Assembly (NCBI GenBank): GCA_965232515.1
Contig: CBDDPY010000002.1
Location: 2,144,001 to 2,208,000, forward strand
From: Alphaproteobacteria bacterium
GTDB taxonomy: Bacteria; Pseudomonadota; Alphaproteobacteria; GCA-2731375
Direction of reading: 5' to 3'
DNA: 64,000 nt
A model generated the notes under the pieces. That model had not been told where the DNA came from, made no database searches, and worked only from the letters and a program-made list of their open reading frames with translations. The position numbers and the translations under genes are program-made. Numbering within the stretch: position 1 is the stretch's first letter; each line of letters begins with the position of its first letter. Below are positions 9,123 through 20,103 of the stretch, piece by piece.

Positions 9123-11702
9123 TTAAGCCGCCGCCAACCGCGCGCGGCGGCCGCGTTGCAGGAAGACGATCAACCCGAGCAGCACCAGCGCCGGGATGAA
9201 CATGAGTTGCTTCGGCGGCCGGTCGGCCTCGCGCTGCACACTGGCGATCTCGTAATCGAAATCGATCTGCTGCTTCTCGGCGACACTGCCGAAGACGATG
9301 TTGTCGACCAGGATCTTGCCGTCCTCCTCGCGCAGCTCGAGCCCGGCCTCGAGCAATCGCTCTGCGCCGTCTTGCTGGGCGCCAAGCGGCAGCATGACCA
9401 CTTTGTCGACCGGATCGTCGTTCAGGTCGATGCCGGTCACCCGCACGCGGATCTGCGCATCGGCCGGCATCTCGGTGGCGATGGCGACGATCTCTGTCGC
9501 CGGCGCCGCCTCCAGCGGCGGATAGACCATGTCCCACCAGAAACCGGGACGGAACAGCGTGAAGACGATCAGCAGCAGGCCGACCGTCTCCCAGATCCGG
9601 CTCTTGGTCAGGAAATAGCCCTGCGTCGCCGCCGCGAACAGCAGCATGCCAATCACCGAGGCAACGACGATGACAAAAAAGTGGAAGATGTTGTCAATGC
9701 CGATCATCAACAGCTCGGTGTTGAAGATGAACATGAACGGCAGGATCGCCGTTCGGATGTCGTAGGTGAATCCCTGTATGCCGGTGCGGATCGGATCGCC
9801 GCCCGAGATCGCCGCCGCCGCGAAGGCGGCAAGTCCCACGGGCGGCGTATCGTCGGCGAGGATGCCGAAATAGAACACGAACATGTGCACCGCGATCAGC
9901 GGCACGATCAGGCCAGCCTCGGCGCCGAGGCTGACGATTACCGGCGCCATCAGGGTCGAGACGACGATGTAGTTCGCCGTGGTCGGCAGGCCCATGCCGA
10001 GGATCAGGCAGATCACCGCCGTGAACAGCAGCATCAGCAGCAGGTTGCCACCGGAGATGAACTCGACGAACTCGGTCATCACCAAGCCGATGCCGGTCAG
10101 CGTCACGGTGCCTACGACGATGCCCGCCGCCGCCGTGGCGACGCCGATGCCGATCATGTTGCGCGCGCCGGCGATCATGCCGTCGCGGGCGTCAATGAAC
10201 CCGTCCTTCAGGGCATCGCCGAATTCGGCGTTGGCGCGAAAGATGGCCAGGATCGGCCGTTGCGTGATGACGATGAAGAGCATGAACACGGTGGCCCAGA
10301 ACGCCGACAGGCCGGGCGACAGCCGCTCGACGGTCAGACACCAGACCAGGACGCCAACCGGCAGCAGGTAATAGAGCCCGACCTTCACTGTCGGCGCCGG
10401 CTCGGGACAGTGTTCGATGTCGGTGCTGGTGCTGAGCTCGGGGAAGCGCGCCGAGTACTTCAACAGCCCTACATAGGCGACGGTCAGGATTACCGCCGCG
10501 ATCCACGGCGTCGCGTCGCCCGCGACCGGTTTCAGCCAGCCGAGGCCGTAATAAGAGATCGCGCAGAGCACGACCAGGATGATGATCGCCATGAGGAAGC
10601 CGATCAGCTTCTGCACCAACGGCGAGTCGGTCAGCCGGGGCAGGCCCTTCATGTCGGCCTTCATGGCCTCGAGATGGACGATGTAGACCAGCGCGATGTA
10701 GGAGATGATCGCCGGCAGGAAGGCGTGCTTCATGACGTCGACCAACGGGATGCCCACATACTCCACCATCAGGAAGGCGGCCGCGCCCATGATTGGCGGT
10801 GTCAGCTGGCCATTGGTCGACGATGCCACCTCGACGGCGCCGGCCTTCTCGGCCGGGAAGCCGACCCGGCGCATCAGCGGGATCGTGAAGGTGCCGGTGG
10901 TCACCACATTGGCGATCGACGAACCCGACACCAGGCCAGTCATGCCGGACGACACGACCGCGGCTTTGGCCGGCCCGCCCCGCATATGGCCCAGCAGCGC
11001 GAAGGCGACACGGATGAAGTAGTTACCGGCGCCGGCCCGTTCCAACAGCGCGCCGAACAGCACGAACAGGAACACCATGCTGGTCGAGACACCGAGCGCG
11101 ATGCCGAACACGCCCTCGGTCTGCAGCCAATAGTGGCTCATGCCCTTGTTCAGGCTGGCGCCCTTGTGCGCGATCACGTCGGGCATCCAGGGGCCGGCGA
11201 AGGTGTAGATCATAAAGACGATGGCGACGACCATTAGCGGCGGCCCGAGCGCGCGTCGCGCCGCCTCCAAAAGCAGCGCCAGGCCAACGACGCCGGTGAC
11301 CACGTCCAAGGTCGTGGGAGCGCCCGGCCGCTCGGACAGCTCGACATAGAACAGGAACTGGTAGCCGGCGGTGAAGGCGGCGACGAACGCGAGGATCCAG
11401 TCCTGGATCGGGATGTGATCGCGCGGCGAGCTCTTCATCGCCGGGAAGGCGAGGAAGGCCAGAAAGACGGCAAAGGCGAGGTGAATCGACCGCGCCTCGG
11501 CGTCGTTCAGCAGCCCGAACTTGAACAGGAATGGCAGCGGCGATGCGTACCAGAGCTGAAACACCGACCAGATGAACGGCACCGCCAACAGCACATAGGC
11601 CGGAACGCCGGTCGGCGCGCGGGCGCCGGTATCGGCTTCGGCGACAATATCTTCCGCCGCCTGGCCGGTATCGGCCTGCTGGTCCTGTTGCAATTCACTC
11701 AT
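9123..11702 (-). CDS. TRAP transporter 4TM/12TM fused permease (TAXI type)
   Basis: GGPAKAAV, GSSIANVVTTGTFTIP, PPIMGAAAF, LGMGLPTTANY, DDTPPVGLA. Confidence 0.93.
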   Translation of the reverse strand: MSELQQDQQADTGQAAEDIVAEADTGARAPTGVPAYVLLAVPFIWSVFQLWYASPLPFLFKFGLLNDAEARSIHLAFAVFLAFLAFPAMKSSPRDHIPIQDWILAFVAAFTAGYQFLFYVELSERPGAPTTLDVVTGVVGLALLLEAARRALGPPLMVVAIVFMIYTFAGPWMPDVIAHKGASLNKGMSHYWLQTEGVFGIALGVSTSMVFLFVLFGALLERAGAGNYFIRVAFALLGHMRGGPAKAAVVSSGMTGLVSGSSIANVVTTGTFTIPLMRRVGFPAEKAGAVEVASSTNGQLTPPIMGAAAFLMVEYVGIPLVDVMKHAFLPAIISYIALVYIVHLEAMKADMKGLPRLTDSPLVQKLIGFLMAIIILVVLCAISYYGLGWLKPVAGDATPWIAAVILTVAYVGLLKYSARFPELSTSTDIEHCPEPAPTVKVGLYYLLPVGVLVWCLTVERLSPGLSAFWATVFMLFIVITQRPILAIFRANAEFGDALKDGFIDARDGMIAGARNMIGIGVATAAAGIVVGTVTLTGIGLVMTEFVEFISGGNLLLMLLFTAVICLILGMGLPTTANYIVVSTLMAPVIVSLGAEAGLIVPLIAVHMFVFYFGILADDTPPVGLAAFAAAAISGGDPIRTGIQGFTYDIRTAILPFMFIFNTELLMIGIDNIFHFFVIVVASVIGMLLFAAATQGYFLTKSRIWETVGLLLIVFTLFRPGFWWDMVYPPLEAAPATEIVAIATEMPADAQIRVRVTGIDLNDDPVDKVVMLPLGAQQDGAERLLEAGLELREEDGKILVDNIVFGSVAEKQQIDFDYEIASVQREADRPPKQLMFIPALVLLGLIVFLQRGRRARLAAA

Positions 11703-11762
11703 CGATACATCCCCCTTGCTGCCGCCAGGCCCCATTTTTGATTAACGTTTTCACGGCGCGGA

Positions 11763-12725
11763 TCACAGCCAGCCCCGCTCGCGGAAATAGCGCACCGCCC
11801 CGTCATGCAGTGGCGCAGACAGTCCCTCGCTCACCATCCGCTCCGGCTGGAGATCGCCCAGCGCCGGATGCATCTTGCGGAACTGCTCAAAATTTTCGAA
11901 GACGCCGCGCACCAGGGCATAGACGACATCGGCATCGACGTCCGCCGAGGTCACCAGGGTCGCCTTGACGCCGAACGTGGTGACGGGTTGCGGATTGCCG
12001 CGGTACATGCCGCCGGGCACCGTGGTGTAGGCGTAGTAAGGGTTGTCGGCGACGAGCTGATCGATCTCGGGATCCCGCACCTCGACGATCACGGCGTCGC
12101 AGACATTTGCCGCCTTGCCAACCGAGTCGTTCGGATGACCGACCGTGTAGATCATCGCCTGCACACGGTCGTGGCACAGCGCCAGCGACTGCTGCGCGGC
12201 CGGCAGTTCCTCGGCCAGCAGAAAGTCCTTCTTCGTCCAGCCCTTGGCCGCCATCACCACTTCCATGGTCGCGCGCTGCCCGGATCCGGGATTGCCGATA
12301 TTGACCCGCCGCCCCTGCAGATCGTCGAACCGCTGAATGCCGGCATCGCGCCGCGCGACCAGCGTGAAGGGCTCGCCATGCAGCGAGAATACGGCCCGCA
12401 GGTTCTCGAACTTGCCATCGGCAAAGGCGAGCGGTCCGCTGCCGTTGACAGCATGGAACTGCCAGTCGGATTGGGCGATACCAAACTCGATCGCGCCGCC
12501 ATGCACATTGCTCAAGTTAAAGAGGGAGCCTGCCGTCTCGATCGCCTCGCAGCCGACGCCGGCACGGTCGGCCAACCGGCAGATCGCCCTGCCGACGGGA
12601 TAGTAGACGCCGGACTTGCTGCCGGTTCCGACGACCACCTCTTGCGCTTGCGTTGTCGATAGCGGCGCTTCGCCGACGAGCGCCAACGTCGCCAGCAACG
12701 CCGAAACTGCTGTGAACCTTTTCAT
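11763..12725 (-). CDS. TAXI family TRAP solute-binding protein
   Basis: [36 protein letters not shown]. Confidence 0.93.
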   Translation of the reverse strand: MKRFTAVSALLATLALVGEAPLSTTQAQEVVVGTGSKSGVYYPVGRAICRLADRAGVGCEAIETAGSLFNLSNVHGGAIEFGIAQSDWQFHAVNGSGPLAFADGKFENLRAVFSLHGEPFTLVARRDAGIQRFDDLQGRRVNIGNPGSGQRATMEVVMAAKGWTKKDFLLAEELPAAQQSLALCHDRVQAMIYTVGHPNDSVGKAANVCDAVIVEVRDPEIDQLVADNPYYAYTTVPGGMYRGNPQPVTTFGVKATLVTSADVDADVVYALVRGVFENFEQFRKMHPALGDLQPERMVSEGLSAPLHDGAVRYFRERGWL

Positions 12726-12862
12726 GGCTGCCTCCCCCTAAAGCCGGACGTCGCCCGCCCGGCATTCCCACTTGTTTGTCGTGGGTTGCGTTTGCTCGCC
12801 ATTTCGGCCGCTCAGGCCTCAAAACACTCCAAATTCCGTTACGACAACAATGGCCAAGGAAA

Positions 12863-12891
12863 ATGGGGAACGGCGCAGGGCCGTTCCCCAT
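12863..12891 (-). terminator. Hairpin after upstream TAXI gene (terminator or mRNA stabiliser)
   Basis: ATGGGGAACGGC..GCCGTTCCCCAT inverted repeat, followed by TTT on the minus strand. Confidence 0.65.
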
Positions 12892-12900
12892 CGGGCGCGA

Positions 12901-13881
12901 TTACATCCAGCCCTTTTCCTTGTAGTACTTGGCGGCGCCATCGTGCAGCGGCGCCGACAGGCCGTCCTTGATCATCTCTTCCGGCTTCAAGTTAGCGAAG
13001 GCCGGATGCAGCTTCTTGAAGGTGTCGAAGTTTTCGAACACCGCCTTGACGACGTGATAGACCGTGTCGGCCGGGACCGCGGTCGACGACACGAAGGTCG
13101 CGCCGACGCCGAAGGTCTGCACATCGGCGTCGCTGCCCCGGTACATACCGCCCGGTATGGTCGCGGTGCGGTAGTAGGAGTTGTCCGAGACCAGCTTGTC
13201 GACGGCCGATCCGGTCACGCTGACCAGCACGCTGTCGCACGACGTGGTGGCTTCCTTGATCGAGCCGCTGGGGTGGCCGACGGTGAAGACCATGGCGTCG
13301 ATTTTGTTGTCGCAAAGCGCCTGGCTCTGCTCCGACGATTTCAGCTCGGAGGCCAGCGCGAAATCGCCCTTGCTCCAGCCGAGCGCGTTCATCAGCACTT
13401 CCATGGTGCCGCGCTGACCGGACCCTGGATTACCGATATTCACCCGCTTGCCTTTGAGGTCCGCGAAGGACTTGATGCCGGAATCGGCACGAGCGACGAC
13501 GGTGAACGGCTCCGGATGCACCGAGAACACGGCCCGCAGCTCCTTGAAGCCGCCCTTGTCCTCGAATTTGCTGGTGCCGTTATAGGCGTGATACTGCCAG
13601 TCCGACTGCGCCACGCCCATGTCGAGCTCGCCCGCCCGGATGGTGTTGAGGTTGTAGACCGAACCGCCCGTGCTCTCGACCGAGCAGCGGACGCCGTGCT
13701 CTTTGCGGCCGCGATTGACCAGCCGGCAGATCGCGCCACCGGTCGGGTAATAAACGCCGGTAACACCGCCAGTGCCGATGGTGATGAAATTGTTCTGTGC
13801 CTGCACCGGCGCGGGCGCGCCGATCGACATCATGCCCGCCGCCACGGTAGCGGCGAAGGCGGATACAGCAATCTTCTTCAT
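12901..13881 (-). CDS. TAXI family TRAP solute-binding protein
   Basis: [30 protein letters not shown]; GAGGAGGA SD. Confidence 0.94.
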   Translation of the reverse strand: MKKIAVSAFAATVAAGMMSIGAPAPVQAQNNFITIGTGGVTGVYYPTGGAICRLVNRGRKEHGVRCSVESTGGSVYNLNTIRAGELDMGVAQSDWQYHAYNGTSKFEDKGGFKELRAVFSVHPEPFTVVARADSGIKSFADLKGKRVNIGNPGSGQRGTMEVLMNALGWSKGDFALASELKSSEQSQALCDNKIDAMVFTVGHPSGSIKEATTSCDSVLVSVTGSAVDKLVSDNSYYRTATIPGGMYRGSDADVQTFGVGATFVSSTAVPADTVYHVVKAVFENFDTFKKLHPAFANLKPEEMIKDGLSAPLHDGAAKYYKEKGWM

Positions 13882-13940
13882 GAGTGACAGTCCTCCTCGC
13901 TTAGTGTTGTGCAACCCCATGTGCCCTTTCCCACCTCGGA

Positions 13941-15275
13941 CTAGGCTCGCGTTTCCGAAATCGCCGCGTCGACCGCGCGGCCCAGTTTCTCGACGATCTC
14001 CTCGATCTGTTGCGGCTCGACGATGAACGGTGGCGCCAGCAGCACGTGATCGCCGTTCTGGCCGTCTACGGTGCCGCCACCGGGATAACAGATCAACCCG
14101 TCCGCCTGCGCCAGCTTCTTGATCCGGGCATTCAGCTTCAAGGACGGATCGAAGGGCTGCTTACCGGTCCGCTCGGCGACCAGCTCGATGGCCCGGAACA
14201 GACCGCGCCCCCGGATATCGCCGACATGCGGGTGGTTGCCGAAACGGTCGTGCAGCGCGTCGTCCAACAGCTCGCCCATGGCGTTGACGTTCTGCAGCAG
14301 GCCACGATCCTCAATCGCCCGCTGCACGGCAAGCCCGGCGGCGCAGGCCGTCGGGTGACCCATATAAGTGTGGCCGTGTTGAAAGAAGCCGGAGCCGTCG
14401 CGGACGGCATTGAAGACGCCGTCCGAGCACAACATGGCGCCGATTGGCTGATAGCCGGCGCCCAAACCCTTGGCGACAACGACGATATCGGGCACGACGC
14501 CGTCCTGCTCGCAGGCGAACAGCGTGCCGGTGCGACCCATGCCGCACATCACTTCGTCCAGAATCAGCAGGACGCCATAGCGGTCGCAGATCTCCCGGAT
14601 GCGCTTGAAGTAGCCCGGCACCGGCGGGACCGCGCCGGCCGTGGCGCCGACCACCGGCTCGGCGATGAAGCCGATGACGCTGTCCTCGCCGAGCTCCCGG
14701 ATCGTCGTTTCCAGTTCGTCGGCGACGCGCCGGCCGAAGGCCTCCTCGCTCTCGCCGTCCTCGGCGTGGCGATAGGCATAGCAGGGCGAAATGTGATGCG
14801 CCGGCATCAGGATCGGATCGAACTGCGTCCGGCGCCAGCGGTTGCCGCCAACCGACAGCGCACCCAACGTGTTGCCGTGATAGCTCTGCCAGCGGGCGAT
14901 GAAATGCTTGCGCTGCGGCTGGCCGATCTCAAGATAGTACTGTCGGGCCAGCTTGAGCGCGGCTTCCACCGCCTCGGAGCCGCCTGAAACGAAATAGACT
15001 TTCTCGATGCCATCCGGCGCCTTGGCGACCAAATACTCGGCCAGCTCCTCGGCAACATCGCTGGTGAAGAAGCCGGTATGGGCATAGGGCAACCGGTCGA
15101 CCTGGGCCTTGATGGCGGCGATGACATCGGGGTCGCTGTGGCCGAGGCAGGAGACCGCCGCGCCGCCCGAGGCGTCGAGATAGCGTTTGCCGTCCCGGTC
15201 GATGATGAAACAGCCATCCCCACCGGCCGCGACCAGCGGCTGCATCGCGGTATGGCGGTGGAAAATTGCACTCAT
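13941..15275 (-). CDS. Class III PLP aminotransferase
   Basis: [41 protein letters not shown]. Confidence 0.93.
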   Translation of the reverse strand: MSAIFHRHTAMQPLVAAGGDGCFIIDRDGKRYLDASGGAAVSCLGHSDPDVIAAIKAQVDRLPYAHTGFFTSDVAEELAEYLVAKAPDGIEKVYFVSGGSEAVEAALKLARQYYLEIGQPQRKHFIARWQSYHGNTLGALSVGGNRWRRTQFDPILMPAHHISPCYAYRHAEDGESEEAFGRRVADELETTIRELGEDSVIGFIAEPVVGATAGAVPPVPGYFKRIREICDRYGVLLILDEVMCGMGRTGTLFACEQDGVVPDIVVVAKGLGAGYQPIGAMLCSDGVFNAVRDGSGFFQHGHTYMGHPTACAAGLAVQRAIEDRGLLQNVNAMGELLDDALHDRFGNHPHVGDIRGRGLFRAIELVAERTGKQPFDPSLKLNARIKKLAQADGLICYPGGGTVDGQNGDHVLLAPPFIVEPQQIEEIVEKLGRAVDAAISETRA

Positions 15276-16177
15276 GAACCACCTCCGGTGGACGACTCGG
15301 GCCAGTAGGCGCCGAACCGCACCAATTGCTCCTCCGACTGCGCCAGGACATCAAGTTGGGCCCGCCGACCGTCGGCGAGCAGAAAGGCGACCAGCGCCTC
15401 GGCCAACGCCTGCGCGCCGGCAAGCGAGCGGAAGAAGCTCGGACCGCCGTTCGCCGCGACGAAGCCGAAGCGGGCCGGCGCCGCGATGGGCGACACCGGG
15501 CTGTCGGAAATCGAGACGATCTCGGCCCCGACTTCGGCGGCATGCTGCACGGCCTGAACCGTCTCTCGCGTATAGGGGTCGTAGCTGATCGCGATCATGG
15601 CGTCGCGCCGATCGAGATCGCGCAACTCGTCGGCCAGCGTGCCGGCGACCCCCGTCAGCAGCGCCACTTCCTGACGAAACATGCGAAAAGAGTAGTGCAG
15701 ATACCAGGCAACCGGAAAGCACTTCCGCATGCCGGCGACATATATGCGCCGCGCCGCGGCCAGGGCATCGGCGGCGGCCTGTAACTCGTCTGCCGACGTC
15801 GCGGTAAAGGTCTGCGTGACGTTTTGGCCGCCGGCCTCGAGCAAGTCTTGAAACAGACCTTCGCGGGCCCGTGACGCCCGGCGTGTCTTGAGCTGATGCG
15901 CCCGCGCCGTCAGGCTGGCCGGACGCGCACGCAAGCGGGCGCGGAACGGCTCGCGGAACTTGGCATATCCGGGAAAGTCGAGCTGCTTGGCCAAACGCAC
16001 CATGGTCGACGGATGCACCCCTGCCCTGGCGGCAACGTCGCGCATGGAGCTCAACGCGACATCGTCCGGCGCGTCCAGCACATACCTCGCCGCAAGCTTC
16101 AACTTCGGACTGAGCATTGGGTAATACGCTTCCAAGCGTTCCGTCAGATCCTGTGTTTGCAACATGCCTTCGCCCAC
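15272..16177 (-). CDS. MurR/RpiR family regulator
   Basis: LSPK..AARYVL..MRDVA..VHPSTMVRLA HTH plus SIS domain. Confidence 0.9.
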   Translation of the reverse strand: MGEGMLQTQDLTERLEAYYPMLSPKLKLAARYVLDAPDDVALSSMRDVAARAGVHPSTMVRLAKQLDFPGYAKFREPFRARLRARPASLTARAHQLKTRRASRAREGLFQDLLEAGGQNVTQTFTATSADELQAAADALAAARRIYVAGMRKCFPVAWYLHYSFRMFRQEVALLTGVAGTLADELRDLDRRDAMIAISYDPYTRETVQAVQHAAEVGAEIVSISDSPVSPIAAPARFGFVAANGGPSFFRSLAGAQALAEALVAFLLADGRRAQLDVLAQSEEQLVRFGAYWPESSTGGGS

Positions 16178-16228
16178 TCCCGAAGACTCCCCAGAATAGG
16201 CTAATCAGCGTTTGGCGGTGTCCGCAAC

Positions 16229-16269
16229 AAATGAATCAAATATGCTTCACAAAAATCATATGATTCATT
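16229..16269. promoter_or_regulatory. Inverted repeat, candidate RpiR-type operator
   Basis: AATGAATCA...TGATTCATT inverted repeat in AT-rich divergent intergenic region. Confidence 0.45.
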
Positions 16270-16379
16270 GCGAACCGTTCGCTGTTTGCTTGCATCGATC
16301 CGTCGCGAGACGATAAGTTTTGCCGAAGAGTCGCGCCAGTTCGCCTAGTGGCGCGGCCGAATGCGCTATTCGCGGGAAC

Positions 16380-17636
16380 ATGGGCGACGGGTTCGTCGTA
16401 ATGGACACGTCAAACCAGGTCCTTGAGTTCTTCGAATTCGTCGAGAGTCAGCCGCGGCAATCCGTGCGGCAGCTACTCGACAAGATTCTGCTCAAGAGCC
16501 GTCTGTTGACAGGTGCCGAGGCGGGCACCGTCTTTGTCATGCGCAAAAAGGGCGCGCAACGCTGGCTGGAACCGGCGAGCGTACAAAACGACCGCGTCGC
16601 GGTCCGCTCCCGGGATTTCGTGGTGCCGGTGACGAACGCCAGCATCGCCGGCTACGTCGCCGGCTCGGGCGACATCGTCCGGGTGGCCAACGTCTACCGG
16701 CTGCCGTCGTCGGCGCGCTATGCCTTCAATCCCGACTTCGAGCTGAGGGGCTATCGCACGGTGTCGGTGATGTGCTTCCCGATCAAGAACTATCAGGAAG
16801 ACGTCATTGGCGTTGTGCAGCTGATCAACCGCCAAGGCGATGGCGCGAATCAGCCGATCGCCTTCGAGGCCGGCCAGGCCCGGCTGGTGACGCTGGTGGC
16901 CCGGGCGCTGGCGACACATATCGAGCGCGCCCAGCTGCTGGAAAACATCCGCGACAAGAACGCCAAGCTGCGGCTGCGCAATCAGCAGCTGGCCGAGCAG
17001 CGGTCCCAGGTCGTTTCGTTGCAGGCCGAGACCGAAGACGCCTTCATGCTGTCGATCAGTCTGCTGGCCCGGGCGGCCGAGATCCACGACGAAGAGACCG
17101 CCAATCACATCGTCCGGGTCAACGAATACAGCTTCTATCTGGCCGACAAGCTCGGCATGCCAAAGGCGTTCTGCGACGAGATTCGTTATTCGGCGCAGCT
17201 GCACGACGTCGGCAAGATGAGTGTGAACTCGGCCGTGCTGAAAAAACGCGGCCGGCTAAATGTCGACGAGCGGGCGGAGATGGACCTGCATCCGCTTTAC
17301 GGTTTCCAGATCCTCGAGCCCTCGCCGCGACTGAAGCTCGCGGCCGAAATCGCGCTGCACCATCACGAGAAGTGGGACGGCTCCGGCTATCCGGCCGGCG
17401 TCAGCGGCGAAGACATACCGATCTCGGCGCGCATCGTGTCGCTGGCCGACGTCTACGACGCCCTGCGCTCGAAGCGTCCGTACAAACCCGCCTACAGCCA
17501 CGAGAAAACCTGTAAGATCATGATGAAAGGCGACGATCGGATCGATCCGATCGCCCATTTCGACCCCAATCTGCTGCGGCTCTTCGGCGAACACCATGCC
17601 GGCATGCGAGACATCTACAAACGGCTCGCGGACTAG
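16380..17636 (+). CDS. GAF + HD-GYP phosphodiesterase
   Basis: GAF (IGVVQLIN), HDVGK, HHEKWDGSGYP, ADVYDAL..RPYK. Confidence 0.9.
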   Translation: MGDGFVVMDTSNQVLEFFEFVESQPRQSVRQLLDKILLKSRLLTGAEAGTVFVMRKKGAQRWLEPASVQNDRVAVRSRDFVVPVTNASIAGYVAGSGDIVRVANVYRLPSSARYAFNPDFELRGYRTVSVMCFPIKNYQEDVIGVVQLINRQGDGANQPIAFEAGQARLVTLVARALATHIERAQLLENIRDKNAKLRLRNQQLAEQRSQVVSLQAETEDAFMLSISLLARAAEIHDEETANHIVRVNEYSFYLADKLGMPKAFCDEIRYSAQLHDVGKMSVNSAVLKKRGRLNVDERAEMDLHPLYGFQILEPSPRLKLAAEIALHHHEKWDGSGYPAGVSGEDIPISARIVSLADVYDALRSKRPYKPAYSHEKTCKIMMKGDDRIDPIAHFDPNLLRLFGEHHAGMRDIYKRLAD

Positions 17637-17699
17637 GCTGCGCGTGGCTGGATATCAATCGAAAATGCGCTCCGGCTCCGCGGGCGCGTGGGCGGCGCA

Positions 17700-19967
17700 A
17701 TGATCTCGCTGCGACGATTGCGGCGCTATGTCGTTTACCTGCTGCCGCTCATCGTGTTGACGACGGGCGTCGTGCTGTATCGCGAACAGCCGCAATTCCT
17801 GCAGATCTTTCAACTCAAGCTGTTCGACCTCTACCAACAGATCCAGCCGCGCGAATATGAACCGGCGCCGGTCAAGGTCATCGACATGGACGACGCCAGC
17901 CTGGCCCGGATCGGCCAGTGGCCCTGGCCGCGAAACAAGCTGGCCGACATGCTGATCGTGCTGTTCGAGGCCGGCGCGGCGGTCGTCGCGTTCGATGCCG
18001 TGTTCGCCGAACCGGACCGGACCTCGCCTGACGAGATCCTGCCGGTATGGTTGAACGTCCCTTCCCTGGACGCCGGCCAGTTGCCGCCGGAATGGCAGGA
18101 ATTCTCGCAAGCCATCCTGCAATCGGTGCCCGACCATGACGAGCTGTTCGCCGAGGTGATCGCGCAGACGAATGTCGTACTCGGCGTGCCGTTCACGGAC
18201 GACAGCGGCGGACGACCACCGACCGTGAAGGCGGGATTTGCCACGGCCGGCGACGACGATCCGCTGGAATTCGTGCCGAGCTTTGAAAGCGTCACGCCAA
18301 ATCTACCGCAGCTCGAGGCGGACGCGGCGGGCATCGGCAGCTTTACCTTCACCCCGGACGCGGACAGCATCGTTCGTCATGTCCCGTTGATCATGCGTGT
18401 CGGCGACAATCTGGTTCCGTCACTCGCCGCCGAGGCGCTTCGTGTGGCGCAGGGCGCCCGGAGCTATGTGATCAAGACCGGCGGCGCCAATATGGAGACG
18501 AACTACGGTGAAGCCAGCGGCCTGAACCACGTCAAGATCGGCCACGCCGATGCCGTGCCCGTCGACGAGGCCGGTAAGATGTGGGTGCACTACACCCGCG
18601 ATGTTCCCGGGCGCGTGATTCCGGCCTGGAAAATCTTTGAAGCGGACTTCGATCCCAGTCTGGTCGAGGGCCAGATCCTGTTCTTCGGCACCAGCGCCGC
18701 CGGCCTGAAGGATCTGCGCACGACGCCGCTGAATCCGGCCGAAGCCGGCGTCATGGTCCACGCACAGGTCGCCGAACAGATGATCCTCGGCCATTTCCTG
18801 GAGCGGCCGGACTGGGCATTCGGCGTCGAATTCACGTTTATCCTGGCCTTGGGATTGATACTGATCGTGGTAACGCCGCGGGTCGGCGCGTTGGCCGCGG
18901 CGGCGATCGGCGCCGGCGCCGTGGCGTTCGCCATGGGCGTGTCGTGGTATCTCTACACCGACCAACGGCTGTTGCTGGACCCGCTCTATCCGGCGATCGT
19001 CACGGTCGCCGTCTACATCGGCAGCTCGCTGCTGAGCTATTTGCAGACCGAGGCGGAAAAGCGTCAGGTGCGCGGCGCCTTCAGCCAGTATCTCTCGCCG
19101 GCACTGGTGGAACAGCTGGCCCGGGAACCGGATCTGTTGAAGCTGGGCGGCGAGCTACGGGAAATGACGTTCCTGTTCTGCGACGTCCGCGGCTTCACCA
19201 CGATCTCGGAAGGATTCAAGGGCGATCCGCAGGGCCTGACCAAGCTGATCAACCGTTTCCTGACACCGATGACGGACGCCATCCTGGCCCGCGGCGGCAC
19301 CATCGACAAATACATGGGCGACTGCATCATGGCGTTCTGGAACGCCCCGCTGGACGATAAGCAACATGCCGATCATGCCTGTGACGCGGCGCTCGCCATG
19401 TTCGAGGAACTGGGCAAACTCAACGCGGAGTTGGTCGCCGAAGCCGAGGCCGAAGGACGCGCGTCGGCGCCGCTGAATATCGGCATCGGCCTGAACACGG
19501 GCGACTGCGTGGTCGGCAACATGGGCTCGCAACAGCGCTTCGACTATTCGGTCCTGGGCGACGCCGTCAACCTCGCCTCGCGCCTGGAGGGCCAATCGAA
19601 AAACTACGGCGTCGGCGTCGTCATCGGCGACGACACGCGCCAGCGCGCGAACGGCTTCGCCACCATCGAGCTCGACCTGATAGCCGTGAAAGGCAAACAG
19701 GAGGCGGCGAAGATCCACGCGCTGCTGGGCGACGAGAAGATGACGCACGACGCTCGGTTCACCGAGTTGAGCGACAAGCATGCGCGTATGCTGTCGGCCT
19801 ATCGCGATCAACACTGGGACGAAGCCGAAACGCTGCTCGGCGAATGCCGTGCGCTCGACGGCGCCTTGGAGGTGCTGTACGACCTCTATGAAGAACGCAT
19901 CGAGTATTACCAGGAGAACCCGCCCGGCCCCGACTGGGACGGGGTCTTCGTGGCCACCAGCAAATAG
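17700..19967 (+). CDS. CHASE2-domain class III adenylate/guanylate cyclase
   Basis: GQWPWPR CHASE2 motif, 3 TMs, FCDVRGFT, IDKYMGDC, GDAVNLASRLEG. Confidence 0.93.
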   Translation: MISLRRLRRYVVYLLPLIVLTTGVVLYREQPQFLQIFQLKLFDLYQQIQPREYEPAPVKVIDMDDASLARIGQWPWPRNKLADMLIVLFEAGAAVVAFDAVFAEPDRTSPDEILPVWLNVPSLDAGQLPPEWQEFSQAILQSVPDHDELFAEVIAQTNVVLGVPFTDDSGGRPPTVKAGFATAGDDDPLEFVPSFESVTPNLPQLEADAAGIGSFTFTPDADSIVRHVPLIMRVGDNLVPSLAAEALRVAQGARSYVIKTGGANMETNYGEASGLNHVKIGHADAVPVDEAGKMWVHYTRDVPGRVIPAWKIFEADFDPSLVEGQILFFGTSAAGLKDLRTTPLNPAEAGVMVHAQVAEQMILGHFLERPDWAFGVEFTFILALGLILIVVTPRVGALAAAAIGAGAVAFAMGVSWYLYTDQRLLLDPLYPAIVTVAVYIGSSLLSYLQTEAEKRQVRGAFSQYLSPALVEQLAREPDLLKLGGELREMTFLFCDVRGFTTISEGFKGDPQGLTKLINRFLTPMTDAILARGGTIDKYMGDCIMAFWNAPLDDKQHADHACDAALAMFEELGKLNAELVAEAEAEGRASAPLNIGIGLNTGDCVVGNMGSQQRFDYSVLGDAVNLASRLEGQSKNYGVGVVIGDDTRQRANGFATIELDLIAVKGKQEAAKIHALLGDEKMTHDARFTELSDKHARMLSAYRDQHWDEAETLLGECRALDGALEVLYDLYEERIEYYQENPPGPDWDGVFVATSK

Positions 19968-20103
19968 CGCGCGCCGCGCGGCAAGCTGCCGACGACGACA
20001 ATTGACACGCCGGTCGCGAATTCGTGGCTGGGACACGAACCGACATTCGGATAGCCTTGTCGGGAACCAACGACATGCCGTTGGCGGCACGGAGAGACGT
20101 TCG

